From a virus (Duplodnaviria > Caudoviricetes), in IMG/VR virus record IMGVR_UViG_3300048550_000320, positions 1 through 35,310 of that record: a stretch of DNA of 35,310 bases, one strand, 5' to 3'. This document shows positions 34,837 through 35,310 of the stretch, in pieces. The notes under the pieces were generated by a model. It saw only the letters and a list, made by a program, of their open reading frames with translations. It was not told the DNA's origin and searched no databases. Numbering within the stretch: position 1 is the stretch's first letter; each line of letters begins with the position of its first letter. A program made the position numbers and the translations under genes.

Positions 34837-35273
34837 ATGATGTAGATATTGCCTATATAGCAGGGCTTTTTGATGGTGAGGGAAGTATTAATATAAGACG
34901 TGCATTTGAGAAGAAAAAAAAGCATAAAAATAAACCAGGATATCGAATGTCTAATTCAATGAGAATATCTATGGAGATTACTATGACTGATCGTAGTGTT
35001 TTAATTTGGTTACATGAAGTTTTAGGAGTCGGGACCTTACGACCTAAAAAAGTAAAAGGTAAAAGAACAGATGGCACTCCTTATCTTAAACAATATAAAT
35101 GGAGATGTGTATTTAGAGATGCGTTTAAAGTTTGTTGTCTATTGTTTCCTTATGCTCACACAAAGCTTGGAAAAATTACACAAGTAATTGAACACTACAC
35201 TAGTATTCCTGAAAATGTTGTAAGAGATAATGTAGTAAATTTTGAACATTACAAGATGTGGATTAAACAATGA
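34833..35273 (+). CDS. Single-motif LAGLIDADG homing endonuclease-like protein
   Basis: IAYIAGLFDGEGSI, ITMTD..VL.WL, G.G, YKW, LFPY...K pattern. Confidence 0.8.
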   Translation: MNDVDIAYIAGLFDGEGSINIRRAFEKKKKHKNKPGYRMSNSMRISMEITMTDRSVLIWLHEVLGVGTLRPKKVKGKRTDGTPYLKQYKWRCVFRDAFKVCCLLFPYAHTKLGKITQVIEHYTSIPENVVRDNVVNFEHYKMWIKQ

Positions 35274-35310
35274 TTAATATAGAAATAAATAATGATGACA
35301 GACAAAAAGC
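35270..35310 (+). CDS. Start of next ORF (3' truncated)
   Basis: ATGA overlap; MINIEINNDDRQK... Confidence 0.4.
   Translation, partial: MINIEINNDDRQK

Noticed and set aside
590-35077. Antisense and alternate-frame ORFs in the track (e.g. 590-772, 893-1093, 2770-2985, 7334-7657, 8838-9170, 12431-12820, 21242-21622, 23064-23276, 32011-32256, 32750-33013, 34853-35077)
   Set aside because: They shadow well-supported genes and lack RBS and recognisable motifs.
1-35310. tRNA/rRNA genes, integrase, terminase, capsid genes
   Set aside because: None recognised in this window; head and packaging genes presumably lie outside it.

Overview
AT-rich (roughly one-third GC by eye) fragment of a tailed dsDNA phage with podovirus-like organisation. 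It is most consistent with a marine SAR11 (Pelagibacter) phage of the HTVC023P/HTVC027P-like type; this is inferred from gene content and composition, not from a search. Left arm (1-21.6 kb, + strand): the end of a tail fibre gene, a long array of small receptor-binding/chaperone genes, tail hub/nozzle genes and four putative DNA-ejection proteins. Middle: holin-like gene, M15 peptidase endolysin, pyruvoyl decarboxylase (SpeD family), and a minus-strand SNF2 helicase. Right arm: replication module (putative SSB, AEP primase, LexA-like HTH, SF1 helicase, DUF3310, family A polymerase), then small membrane, Zn-finger and basic ORFs, an RHH protein and a LAGLIDADG endonuclease. The most striking structure is at 1064-8901: two parallel cassettes with the same order (anchor, A, B, C, D, chaperone). 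Each position has its own N-terminal 'plug' class, the C-terminal heads differ, and identical 17-39 nt DNA stretches sit at the module junctions, suggesting a plug-and-play branched receptor-binding system. Other highlights: a candidate pseudoknot just upstream of the putative SSB gene, GGRVG direct repeats delimiting an in-frame module in an ejection protein, a type-1 copper motif in a tail protein, and a minus-strand-specific hairpin at 34135-34166.
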